Assembly (NCBI GenBank): GCA_044356455.1
Contig: JBIKWF010000013.1
Coordinates: 1-57,213 of the forward strand
DNA from: Bdellovibrionota bacterium
GTDB taxonomy: Bacteria > Bdellovibrionota_C > UBA2361 > JBGSMV01
Length of the DNA stretch: 57,213 nucleotides
Direction of reading: 5' to 3'
Shown here in pieces: positions 9,097-19,000 of the stretch. Below the pieces are notes generated by a model. The model searched no databases and was not told the DNA's origin. It saw nothing but the letters and a program-made list of their open reading frames with translations. The position numbers and the translations under genes were made by a program. The first letter of the stretch is position 1, and each line of letters opens with the position of its first letter.

Positions 9097-9239
9097 GGAG
9101 CCTCTGAGAAACAGCGATATTTCATTTATTCGCTCTGTGTTCTCTGTGCCCTCTGTGGTTTTTCAAATATTTCAATCAACCACAGAGGGCACCGAGATCA
9201 CAGAGAGGGGAAGTAAAATATCGCTGTTTTTCAGACTCC
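9097..9239. mobile_element. MITE-like element family 1
   Basis: GGAGCCTCTGAGAAA...TTTTTCAGACTCC with a long internal palindrome (CTCTGTGCCCTCTGTGGTT / AACCACAGAGGGCAC), flanked by CTAG / TTAG. Confidence 0.75.
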
Positions 9240-9240
9240 T

Positions 9241-9288
9241 TAGCCGCGATTGCTCACAGCCCCGACGGGCAGAGAGTAATCGCGGCTA
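9241..9288. repeat. TAGCC...GGCTA hairpin abutting the family-2 element
   Basis: TAGCCGCGATTGCTC...GAGTAATCGCGGCTA inverted repeat; analogous hairpins at 31851-31872 and 39794-39843. Confidence 0.6.
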
Positions 9289-9460
9289 GCTAACGCCCGG
9301 ATGGCGTTAGCAAATCGCGACCAACGGGAGCGATTTGGTGCGCACCCGTAGCTCGACACTTTGTTGTGGCGAGCGGAGGGTGCGCACGGTTGAGAATTGG
9401 CCCGGATGGCCAATTCTCAACGGAAATCTCACGGACCCGAAGGGATCCCGTGAGATATAA
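9289..9460 (+). repeat. Multi-hairpin dispersed element family 2, copy 1
   Basis: CTAACGCCCGGATGGCGTTAGCAAATCGCGACC...TCTCACGG..CCGTGAGA; homologous to 31659-31852 (reverse) and 39844-40035. Confidence 0.8.
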
Positions 9461-9463
9461 AGG

Positions 9464-10975
9464 TTAGGTATTCGGTGACCCTGTCGATCCCATTGCCACA
9501 TGCACCACCATACCCTCAGAGAGTGAGCTACCACCAATAGCCTTGTAGAGCGACACCGCCGAAACGGCCAGCTGTTGCTCACTCTGAGCGAGGGCGTCGT
9601 CAGTGATAAAGGTCGCTCTATCTGCATCAAGTACTCGTAAGAGATCCGCGAGCCCCTGTGTATAGAGGTCTCTTGCAAGTTCCCCCGCGCGTTGATTGGC
9701 CTTGAAGGCTTCTAGCACAGAAATTCTTCTTTCATTTTGTTTTATGACGCTCACCAGGGCGTTTTCAGTCTCCTCGAGGGCAGTGAGCACCTTAAGCTGG
9801 TAGTTCGAAAGGGCTTGGGAGGCGCGCTCGCGCCTCGCACGTACATTATTCAGGACCCTGCCGCCTTGAAAGATTGGCCAGCGCACTCCCGGACCAAAGC
9901 TCCAATATTTGCTGCCTGAATCAAAGAGAGAATCGCCAGCGGTGCTCTCGTAGCCAAAACCACCGGTAAGAGTGAAGCGCGGAAAGAAATCCGCAACCGC
10001 CACTCCGATATCAGCGGTTGAGGCCGCAAGAGTACGTTCAGCTTCTCTTATATCGGGCCGCGCCCGAAGCAGCTGAGAAGGGATACCGGCGCCAAGGGAA
10101 GAGGGGATTTGGGGTATAAAGCTTCTTTCCAGGGCTTGAGAGCTATCAGCCTTGAGGCGCTCGTAGAGTGCTGTGGGCTCATCACCGAGAAGAACCGCCA
10201 AACGATGCATAGATAGCCTGACACCTTGCTCAAGGAGGGGTATTTCAGCTTTGGTTTCTGCGAGCAGAGCACGTGCCTGCGCTAAATCAAGTTCGCTCGT
10301 AAGGCCAGCATCAAAGCGCGCCTGAACAATGCCAAGGCTCTCTTGCTGAATCTTGATGTTGCGCTCAGCTATCGAGACGCGCTTCTGAAAGCTTCTCAAA
10401 TCTATATAGGAGCGCGCGACTTCGGCAAGCACGCTAAGCTCAGCGCCAGCATAGGCATCTTCTTGACCATCAACCCTGGCGAGCGCCGCCTCATGAGCTC
10501 GGCGTGTGCCGCCGAAAAGGTCAATTTCCCAGCTTGCATCGAACCCAGCGGTGTAGAGATTTCGAATGCCAAAAGGGTTAGATGAACCCTGCTGCTCTCC
10601 AAAAGAGCCTCCAAAACGCGAGTTCGAGCTAGTCTCGCCACGGCTCAAGGCGGCGCTGCCGTCTATTTGAGGGAAAAAATCAGCCCGAGTCACCCCGGCG
10701 AGGGCGCGCGCTTCTCGGACGCGGGACGCTGCCGTGGCAAGGTCTAGATTTTTGCTGCGTGCGAGTATGAGCAGCTCCTTAAGCTGAGAATCAGTGAAAC
10801 TGTCCCACCACGCGGGCTGAGATGCTTTCGTGGTAGTGGTCTGGCTTACCGCGTTAGCAAAAGTTTCTGGTAGCGCCAGAGTAGGCTCCTCGTAAGTGGG
10901 GCCAACCGAGGGGAGGAAAGAGCAACTTGAGAGCAGGGATGCTCCTGCAATAAGCAGTAAAATCTGAGATTTCAT
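9464..10975 (-). CDS. Outer-membrane efflux lipoprotein (NodT/OprM family)
   Basis: Lipobox LLSSC; WW..F.D..L; ASWEIDLFG; LLRARPDIREAER; LYKAIGG. Confidence 0.93.
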   Translation of the reverse strand: MKSQILLLIAGASLLSSCSFLPSVGPTYEEPTLALPETFANAVSQTTTTKASQPAWWDSFTDSQLKELLILARSKNLDLATAASRVREARALAGVTRADFFPQIDGSAALSRGETSSNSRFGGSFGEQQGSSNPFGIRNLYTAGFDASWEIDLFGGTRRAHEAALARVDGQEDAYAGAELSVLAEVARSYIDLRSFQKRVSIAERNIKIQQESLGIVQARFDAGLTSELDLAQARALLAETKAEIPLLEQGVRLSMHRLAVLLGDEPTALYERLKADSSQALERSFIPQIPSSLGAGIPSQLLRARPDIREAERTLAASTADIGVAVADFFPRFTLTGGFGYESTAGDSLFDSGSKYWSFGPGVRWPIFQGGRVLNNVRARRERASQALSNYQLKVLTALEETENALVSVIKQNERRISVLEAFKANQRAGELARDLYTQGLADLLRVLDADRATFITDDALAQSEQQLAVSAVSLYKAIGGSSLSEGMVVHVAMGSTGSPNT

Positions 10976-11892
10976 AGCGTTTCCTTTGAAGCCTTAACAG
11001 AGGACAGCGGTTTTGCCTCGATGAAGGCATCCATCAGTTGCCCGGTATAGACGGGAATCTCTGAAGCATTAAATCGATACACCACTTGCAATACCCTGGT
11101 ATCAACACGTTCCGCGCTTGCGCCAGTCAGTGAACGCTTAGGGAGCACGTAGGGTTCAATCCGTACAAATTCTAAATCTGTTGCAAGCTGAGAGTTTCCT
11201 CTGACGAAGGCGCGTGCCTTTGCTTCGGGGGACACTCTCCACGCATCGTTTTCATCAACATCGATTCTTAGGTGCAGAGCGCTAAGGTCTCCTAAGAGTA
11301 TAAGAGGATTATCAAGTGCTTGGGCCGGAGCATACTCGCCGGGCCGGACTTTTACTTGGAGTATGGTTCCATTCACCGGGGCTCGCACGGTGCGTCGGTC
11401 CAGCTCGGTGCGGAGCGCGTCAACCTTGGCTTTCGCTTCGGCGTTTTTCGCCTCAGCAATTTCAAGAGTAGCCTTGCGTTTTGCAAATTCTTCGCGGCTT
11501 ACGGCGCGTGGATCAGAAATGTTCTGCCGCAAGGAAAATTGAGTCTGAGCGTCGCCCAGTTCCGCCTGGGAGACACGCGCGCTTGCCAACTGCACGGCCA
11601 GGTCTGCTTTGAGCTGACGCTGGTCAAGAGTAAAGAGCGGGTCTCCCTGGGCTACCGCTTGTCCGACTTCGATGTGAACCTCTTCGACTACCCCGCCGAC
11701 GGGGCTCGCTATTGCAATGTTTTCTGATTGCGCCTCGATAATGCCGGAGCCGGAGAGAAATACGGCAAAGGGAGAGCGAGAAGGTTCAGAAAGCGCCTGG
11801 GCAGCGGGCAGGGGAGCACTCCCCGCAATTACGGTGTACGCGCCAAGGCAAAACCCTAGGAGTGCCAATGCGGGAATAAGGTAACCTTTCAT
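10972..11892 (-). CDS. HlyD-family periplasmic adaptor (MFP)
   Basis: IASPVGGVV...GQAVAQGDPLF; VRAPVNGTIL; ERVDTRVLQV. Confidence 0.9.
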   Translation of the reverse strand: MKGYLIPALALLGFCLGAYTVIAGSAPLPAAQALSEPSRSPFAVFLSGSGIIEAQSENIAIASPVGGVVEEVHIEVGQAVAQGDPLFTLDQRQLKADLAVQLASARVSQAELGDAQTQFSLRQNISDPRAVSREEFAKRKATLEIAEAKNAEAKAKVDALRTELDRRTVRAPVNGTILQVKVRPGEYAPAQALDNPLILLGDLSALHLRIDVDENDAWRVSPEAKARAFVRGNSQLATDLEFVRIEPYVLPKRSLTGASAERVDTRVLQVVYRFNASEIPVYTGQLMDAFIEAKPLSSVKASKETL

Positions 11893-11900
11893 AGTGAATC

Positions 11901-12632
11901 CTAATGAAGTGTGAGTTCCTTGGGGGACGCAGTGACTTTTTCAATGTGACCGTCATTCATCACGGCTATGCGGTCAGCAAATTCAAAGATGCGCGAATCG
12001 TGAGTGACAATTATCAGCGTGCGTCCATGCTCAAGCGCAATTTCTCGAAACATTTCCATTACGCGGTGCCCCGTTCCCTGATCAAGGGCGCTTGTCGGCT
12101 CATCGCACACAATGAGACGGGGGTCATGCACGAGAGCGCGGGCTACGGATACGCGTTGCTGCTGTCCGCCTGAAAGCTGAGTAGGTAGGGCCGAACGTCT
12201 TTCAATAAGTCCCACGCGTTCAAGCATGTGTTCTGCGCGTATGAGCGCCGTTCGGCGCGGCTGGCCTGCAATAAGTAAGGGCACCGCGATATTCTCAAGG
12301 GTAGTAAGCGTGGGGATTAAATTGTAGGCTTGGAATACGAAGCCGATATTCTTTCCGCGGAAGCTTGTTCGGGCTGCATCAGACATGAGGTGCAGATCTT
12401 CGCCAAAAACTCGGCATTCACCGCTATCGTGATTGAGGATCCCAGCAGCCACCGAAATAAGAGTCGTCTTACCGCAGCCTGAGGGGCCGACTAGCATAAG
12501 CAGTTCTCCCGTTCGCACCTCAAGGTCCACCCCGCGCAGTGCCTGCGTAACCGTCGTGCCCGTAAGGTAGTTCTTAGTGATCCCTCGGCAATGTACTGCC
12601 ACCGAGACGGGAGATTGGAGTTCTTGATTCAT
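11901..12632 (-). CDS. ABC transporter ATP-binding protein (LolD/MacB/DevA-like)
   Basis: GPSGCGKTT, LSGGQQQRV, CDEPT, VTHD. Confidence 0.95.
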   Translation of the reverse strand: MNQELQSPVSVAVHCRGITKNYLTGTTVTQALRGVDLEVRTGELLMLVGPSGCGKTTLISVAAGILNHDSGECRVFGEDLHLMSDAARTSFRGKNIGFVFQAYNLIPTLTTLENIAVPLLIAGQPRRTALIRAEHMLERVGLIERRSALPTQLSGGQQQRVSVARALVHDPRLIVCDEPTSALDQGTGHRVMEMFREIALEHGRTLIIVTHDSRIFEFADRIAVMNDGHIEKVTASPKELTLH

Positions 12633-12640
12633 ACCACCAC

Positions 12641-13789
12641 CTAGGACCTAAAAACTATTCCAGGCTCAAGTCGCATGACTCGCACGACCCCTAGGACGCC
12701 AGCGACGAGGCAGCAGCCAACCACTGCAATTCCGCCAAATACGGGGATTTGCCAGGACATGTAGAAGGCAAGGCCAGCTTTTGAGAGAGCTGCTCCAGAA
12801 ACTACTGCCGCGCCAAGCCCTATCCCATACCCAAGAATTCCTACTACAAGGACTTGCGCCACGAGCATTTTGAGAATGGTGCGATTGCTGCCGCCCATGG
12901 CTTTAATTGCGCCGAAATACCGCAAGTTTTCCAGAACAAACGTGTAGAAGGTTTGACCCGCGACAAGTAGTCCGATAACGAAACCGAGGGCAATCGTTAT
13001 GCCAAAGTTCACGAGAATCCCGGTTCGATCCATGATGTATGCGCGTGAAGATTCCTTGAACTCTTCCGCGGTGAACGCATGAAGTCCCGTACGCCCTGCT
13101 ATGGCGGCTCGAACTACTTCAACGTCAACTCCGGGTAGAAGCTTCACGAGGACATAGGAGAGAAGTTTTCGTTCCCTAGGGGCAATCTCAAGTGCGCGGG
13201 AGTAGGTCGTATAGATTACAGGCTCCCAGAAAAACTCTCGCGGCGCACGATAAAGTCCAGTTACTTGTACTTCATGATCGTTAAGACTAAGCCGGTCGCC
13301 TATTCTAAGCGGGTCCTTGGGATTTCTCTTATGCGCGAGGGTGAACGAAGCATCTTCTGTGTTGATGAAAACGGCACGGTCGCGTCTTAGATCTTCAAGA
13401 CGCCCTTGGTCCATTTCAGCAGGCGCGCCGATGAGAGTCGTGTCATCGAGACCAACTACGCGGGTGAGCTGAAGGGTCCCGTCGCTAAGTCGTGCTCGCA
13501 GGAAGCCCTTGTACATAGGCACGGCCCAGGCGACGCCTGAGGTTCCCCTTACGAGCTGTAAGGAGGTATCGTTTACTGGCTTTACGTCTTCAGAAAAGCG
13601 CACTTGGGGGTCCATTACCCAGAGATCGATGTTTTCACGTTGCTCAATCCAAATACCTATGCGTTTTGCAAAGCCATTAAAGATTGATGCTTGCTGAGTA
13701 ATGAGAAGGGCTGCAAAGGAAACCCCAGCGACAAGCGCGATGTACTTAAGCCTATCGCCTGTGAGCATTTTTAATGCGAGGTAAATCAT
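12641..13789 (-). CDS. ABC transporter permease (FtsX/MacB/DevC-like)
   Basis: N-terminal TM, periplasmic domain, three C-terminal TMs; GAIKAMG; LEPGIVF. Confidence 0.9.
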   Translation of the reverse strand: MIYLALKMLTGDRLKYIALVAGVSFAALLITQQASIFNGFAKRIGIWIEQRENIDLWVMDPQVRFSEDVKPVNDTSLQLVRGTSGVAWAVPMYKGFLRARLSDGTLQLTRVVGLDDTTLIGAPAEMDQGRLEDLRRDRAVFINTEDASFTLAHKRNPKDPLRIGDRLSLNDHEVQVTGLYRAPREFFWEPVIYTTYSRALEIAPRERKLLSYVLVKLLPGVDVEVVRAAIAGRTGLHAFTAEEFKESSRAYIMDRTGILVNFGITIALGFVIGLLVAGQTFYTFVLENLRYFGAIKAMGGSNRTILKMLVAQVLVVGILGYGIGLGAAVVSGAALSKAGLAFYMSWQIPVFGGIAVVGCCLVAGVLGVVRVMRLEPGIVFRS

Positions 13790-14448
13790 GAGAGACCCTT
13801 CTTTTTAAGGGTCTTCCAGTCTCCACCCGTCATTCCAAACAGAAGGACATCTACCATCGCGCTCGTTCGGGCCTCGATACGAGCCCAGTCAATCCATGGA
13901 TCGTTGGCTTTTGCTATGGCAAGAGAAGCAACGCCATGCACTCCTGCCCACAAGGTTTGGGCCGCAAGGTCGCGGTCGTTCCATCCAGGGGCGAAACGTC
14001 CTTCCTTAATCGCATGTTCGACGGAGGAGAGCAGGAGGCCGTAACTATCCTGGTCGGGATCTCCCTTACGCGACAGATCATCCTCTTCAAGCGGCGGATG
14101 CTCGTAGGACGTCATAAACATCATGCGGTAGTGGTTGGGGTATTTTAGCGCAAAACCTATGTATCCGTGCGCTAAGGCGGCTAACCTTTCGATGGGATCG
14201 GGGATTGAAGCAATCGCAGCGAACGATTCTGTAAGGGTTCCAAAATCGCAGCGACAGAGTTCCCTCAGAAGATCCTCTTTATCTTCGAAATAGTCGTAAA
14301 TGGCGGTGGGGGAGTATTCGATCGTCTCTGCAATCTTTCTCATGGAGACTGATTCGACGCCTTGGCTGAGGAACAGCGCGCGAGCTCCGTCGAGAATTTT
14401 TCGTCTCATCTCTTCGCGTTCTCGCTCTCTACGTTCCCGAATGCCCAT
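13786..14448 (-). CDS. TetR/AcrR family transcriptional regulator
   Basis: Probable start MGIRERRERE at 14448; VSMRKIAETIEYSPTAIYDYFEDKE HTH; LWAGVHG C-terminal motif. Confidence 0.92.
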   Translation of the reverse strand: MGIRERREREREEMRRKILDGARALFLSQGVESVSMRKIAETIEYSPTAIYDYFEDKEDLLRELCRCDFGTLTESFAAIASIPDPIERLAALAHGYIGFALKYPNHYRMMFMTSYEHPPLEEDDLSRKGDPDQDSYGLLLSSVEHAIKEGRFAPGWNDRDLAAQTLWAGVHGVASLAIAKANDPWIDWARIEARTSAMVDVLLFGMTGGDWKTLKKKGLS

Positions 14449-14460
14449 AATGTAGGGAGT

Positions 14461-14499
14461 ATAGCTAACGCCGTTAGCTATGGCAACAGCGTTAGCTAT
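14461..14499. promoter_or_regulatory. Tandem TetR-type operators
   Basis: Perfect palindrome ATAGCTAACG-C-CGTTAGCTAT (14461-14481) followed by imperfect GCAACAGCGTTAGCTAT, directly upstream of the TetR start. Confidence 0.7.
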
Positions 14500-14663
14500 A
14501 GGTGCATAAAGCACTGAAGTTTAACACTTAAATGTGAGGTGAGTGTTCACACTACAGACTGGAGCCGCGAAAAAGCAGGCTCTGGAAATTTGAGCTTTCT
14601 GCGGTGAAGTTGTTCATCGATTCTTCACCGCGGAGCAAACAGCGGTGGGTCTTTCAGCGATTC

Positions 14664-15974
14664 CTAAGTGTTAAAAAGCCCTAACGGCGAGCGTTGGTAG
14701 GATCCTGGTTTGATGATGTCGTCCCCAGCCACAGGAAGTCCCATCCAGTCGAGTGTCTCTTTGATTAGGTTTCTGAAATCAATCAGGGCTCGGCATTCAT
14801 TATTTGACTGCATGTAGCTAAGTTGTGGGGGCTCACCACGCACGCCACCATTCACCGCTCCACCTACCGCAAAGAGCGTGGTTCCCCAGCCGTGGTCCGT
14901 TCCCGCGCCGCCATTTTCCCACGCGGTCCTGGCGAACTCTGAAATAGCGATGATGATGGTGCGCTCGTACGCGCCGCAGGCTTTCAAATCTGTTATTAAT
15001 GCTGCCAGTGAATCTGATACTTCTTTAAGCAGAGCATCAAGTTGCGCCGCTTGGTAGCCGTGAGTGTCGAATCCGCCTTGATAGGCATAGAAGAGCCTGG
15101 GGCGCATGTCGTTGTCCGCTTCTAACTTGCGAATGGTGCGTCCGATGCTTTGAAAAGTATAGGGTGTCCAAAACCAATAGGGAGCCCGCGGGGTTGGGTA
15201 ATTCCCCTGAAGGGCTGTCTGTGTCACGGAGGACATAAAGTCCATCGTACTGATAGAATTTGCGAGTGCTCGAGCTACCACGGTCTCTTGCCCGGTTGAA
15301 GGAGTAGCGGAGGCAGCCGCAAAACGCCGCGCAAAATCGAAATTCACCGCTCGACGCGATCCACCAAAGGGATCGTTATAGGTCAGATCTTCGGCACGCA
15401 TTCCTACAATCGGAGAGAGTTCTTTTTTATCAGTCGTAAAGTCGACACGTCCGCCAGTTCCAAAACCATACGTGCGCTCAAGGGAGTTGCGATCGATATA
15501 ATCAGCAATCCAAGCCTTACTTGTGGCATCAAAATTCCTATCAGCAAAGCTATAGATGTTCTGGCAAAGGTTGTGAGAGCCGCCTGGATGTTCACCAGGG
15601 CCAATCCCGATGCTTTGAATGAGGGCTAATTTATTTGCAGCGAACTCGGGGTAGAGTGAAGCAAATGAGGAATTAAATCCTAGATAGCTGTTGGCCATGA
15701 GGTTTTCGTCTGGCAGCCGAAACGTGTTGGGACGACGAGACTGAAGCTCTGCGACAAAACCGCCCTGGCCACCGGGCGCAGACGGATCTCTCGCGTAGGG
15801 GAACGCAGAGAGGTGATCCATGCCACCTTCAAGGTTGAGCACAATCAGTGTCTTTCCGGAGTTGCCTGCTGCTTGAGCGAGCGTATACAGAGGATCGAGG
15901 GCGTTGAGCACGGGAGCGGCAAGCATTCCGCCCGAAAGTAGTCTTAGGAGTTCTCGTCGACTGATAACAATCAT
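14664..15974 (-). CDS. DUF1501 family protein (Tat-exported)
   Basis: SRRELL Tat motif; LNLEGGMD; SH; GGFDTH; SEFART; GTDHGWG; GGAVNGG. Confidence 0.9.
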   Translation of the reverse strand: MIVISRRELLRLLSGGMLAAPVLNALDPLYTLAQAAGNSGKTLIVLNLEGGMDHLSAFPYARDPSAPGGQGGFVAELQSRRPNTFRLPDENLMANSYLGFNSSFASLYPEFAANKLALIQSIGIGPGEHPGGSHNLCQNIYSFADRNFDATSKAWIADYIDRNSLERTYGFGTGGRVDFTTDKKELSPIVGMRAEDLTYNDPFGGSRRAVNFDFARRFAAASATPSTGQETVVARALANSISTMDFMSSVTQTALQGNYPTPRAPYWFWTPYTFQSIGRTIRKLEADNDMRPRLFYAYQGGFDTHGYQAAQLDALLKEVSDSLAALITDLKACGAYERTIIIAISEFARTAWENGGAGTDHGWGTTLFAVGGAVNGGVRGEPPQLSYMQSNNECRALIDFRNLIKETLDWMGLPVAGDDIIKPGSYQRSPLGLFNT

Positions 15975-16000
15975 GACTTGTTTCCCTTACTCACGCTTTC

Positions 16001-19000
16001 TCATTTAGTTAAGAACTCAACAGACATGGTAAGCATACGCAAAAGCCCAGTAACTCGCGAGGTGTGAGATGCGCCATTAAAAGGGGAGGCCACGCCGCTA
16101 TCATTGGTATTGAGATATTCAATGAGCAATGCGCGTTGTGCGGCGGAGATATTCACGCCAAGAGTGGCCGCCATACGATCTACGACCACTCCCGCCTGCG
16201 CCGAAGAGCCTTCAGGAACAAAGAATTCAAGAACATTCAATCCCTCTCCAGGGTAGGGGTGGTTTACAGGAACGGTAGCGTCACTTATCGTCCCACTTAT
16301 GCCATTGCCAAGGGCAATATAAGTTTGGGACGAAAGGGCCCACGCGCTACCGTCCTCGACAATCCCACTTCGCACGACACCGCAGTTCTTCCACCCAAAA
16401 ACGGAGGGCGGGTTGAGGGGACTATAGCCAGTTGGGGAAATCCGAGAGATGTAGCGATTGCGCGTATCTGCTGTCGTCGCGGGTAAGTTAGTTTTGCGCA
16501 CAAAGCTAAAATAGGCTTCGAGAGGGCTCTTGACACAGGTATTGTGAGCCTCAGGGGCAAACATAGCCGATGAAGAGAGAATTAACCGCAGAGCGGGTTT
16601 GATCTCAAAATCATTCTCGAGAAGTGATTGAGCAACCGCGCTTACCAGCTCTTCAGAGAGCTCTCGGTGAGTAATATGGGCAATCAGCTTTGCGGCAAGT
16701 TGACGGCGCGGAGCCGGCCAATTGTAGAGTACGTGGTCAACGAAGGAAGTAACACTTGGACTGCCCTGGAAGCTCCAGCCCCTTGCACTCATCGGAACGC
16801 CGGGAAAATCTATCTTTCCCGCAGCGTTGGGACTTGCCGGGTCAAGAGTGGAGAGAAAACTTAGGGGTGTCATTTGTGAAGCCGACTGGTTCCATCCGAG
16901 GGGATTAAAACCAGCCGATACTGCGGGCGCTATGCGACCAAAGCCATCCAATGAGCGCACCATGTATCCATAACGTGCTCCTGGGGCTGCAGTTGTGTCC
17001 GTGAAGGACAGTTGTCCTGCCGAAACATCTCCAAGCGAAGAGTAGAGATCCGTGAACTCAGGATAGCGAAAGACGCGGTAGCTGCTTGCGCCTGGTGCAG
17101 GTTCCCAAGAGACGGAGACACCCGTAGTGCTCGTTGAAGTGGCGAGTACTCGCGCCGGAGAGGTGAGGGACGAAGTTGGGGCACGGTAATAGCCATGCAC
17201 ATAGTCCGTTCCAAATACGGCAGTATCTCGGTAGTTTCTCTGCCCTACAACCCCACCAGGCATCACCGAGAGTACTTCATAACGATAAATCTTATTGGGC
17301 AGAACTTGGGTATCTGTGAATGAGAGCGTTGCTGCGTTAAGTACGGGCGAGAGCTGAATACGAGCACCATCGTCATAGGCGTTTCGCAAAATCTGATAAC
17401 CTATCACTCCCGGAACGGCTGACCACGTTACTTGGACCTGCGCAGAAGAGCTTCCCGCGGTGGCGGCAATCGAGCTTGGATTGGTAGGCAAAGTTCCAGG
17501 GTAGCCCGCGTGGCCAATGTCGGAGGTGCTTGGAGTTCCAAGCACTCCCTGCGCATTCCTTAGTCGCACACGATAGTGATAGGGAGCTCCCGTGGCAGGA
17601 GTATAGTCATAGATTGTTCCACTCGAATTCGAGTAAGTCACTATCGCAGCTTGGGCGAAGGTGTTTGTTCCGTAAGGGGCGCGCTCGAGGACAATCTGCG
17701 TAGCAGTACTCGACCGAATAGGCGTAAAGTTAACCATGACCCAGGTCTGGTACGTGACGGCTTGAGTCTGTGGATTCACAAAGAAGGCAGCATCAGAAGC
17801 TCTCACGCCTTGAGGGGTAGGTAGGGTGGATCCAGAATCTCGCGAGCCGGAAAGCACAGTGCCAGACGCGTATCCGAAGCCGGACAATGCGCGAGTCGAG
17901 GACACTACATCAACTTCGGAGTAGGTAGGTTCCTTAGTAATTGGGTCTTCTACACCGGCGGTATAGAGCTCTAGAAATTCTCTCCCAAAGTTCTCATTCG
18001 GTTCTAAATACGTATTATCAAAATTATTTAAATACAAATGGAAGATCCCATCGCTGAGCATGTCTTCAAGAAAATCTCGGTAGTTTCCCAAGGCGTGGCG
18101 CTGGAGACGCTGAACGTACTCGGGCATGAAATTGCTGTTTCCGCTGTTGCTCCATTCTGTCAGATTTGAGGTGAATAAATTGTGCCAGAATCCCATCGCC
18201 ATCCATGCTCTAAAGGGATTCCCGTGCCGAAGTTGGTCTGCCGCAAGGACCTGGACGTCACCAAAGAACCAGCGCGCATTGTAGGATGCAGGCGCGGAGG
18301 TGGCGCGATTGAGCCGATTTACGTCGTATCCATCGTAGAATGACTTGAGATTGGGATTCTCGGCGTCTTCCAGCAATGAATCTACCAGAGCAGAAAGTGA
18401 GCGAATTTCACGCTGAGTCTCCGTTCCTCCAAACGCGACGCGGTCGAGAACTGAATGGACTTCGCTTTCGCTCAAGCTTTCACGGTAGCGCCCTAGAAGC
18501 TGTGGGTTGCCCGCAAATTCGGAGGCTCCCGCAGTGACGGCGAAGGTAACTGTCGCTTCGGCAGTTTCCCCGATTTCATTTGTTACGCGGAATCTGAGGC
18601 TATCTGAGGTGACTAAGTGGTCGCGCGGGGCGTACACCACGCGTGGAAACGCCTCCTGCAGAGAGCCTTGCGTGGGAGCCTGAGTAACTGCGAATGAAAG
18701 CGGAGATTCTGGTTGGCAGGTGTCTCTTGCAGTCAGCAGAAGGTCAATACTTCTGCCCTCGGATACTTCGACTGTGGAAGAGTCAGCAGAAAGACCGCAG
18801 TACTCAACCGTAATTGACACCGTTGCGGGGGCGCTCTCATAGCCATTTGCCGTGGCGGTGAAGGTAAAGGAGTCGCTTCCCGCAAAGGATTGCTCTGGGG
18901 TGTAAGAGAGATTCGGAACGCTTCCGCTTAAGGTGCCGTGCGCAGGCTGACTTTTAATCTGAAAGACAATCTCACCTGGCCCATCGGCGCCCAGAGTAAT

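Noticed and set aside
9056..9678. ORFs 9056..9289 (+) and 9307..9678 (-)
   Set aside because: They are translations of palindromic repeats and overlap the ends of real genes.
14461..14481. GCTAACG..CGTTAGC palindrome as a family-2 remnant
   Set aside because: It lacks the GGAYGG loop and the downstream CAAATCGCGACC. Its position and tandem arrangement fit a TetR operator better.
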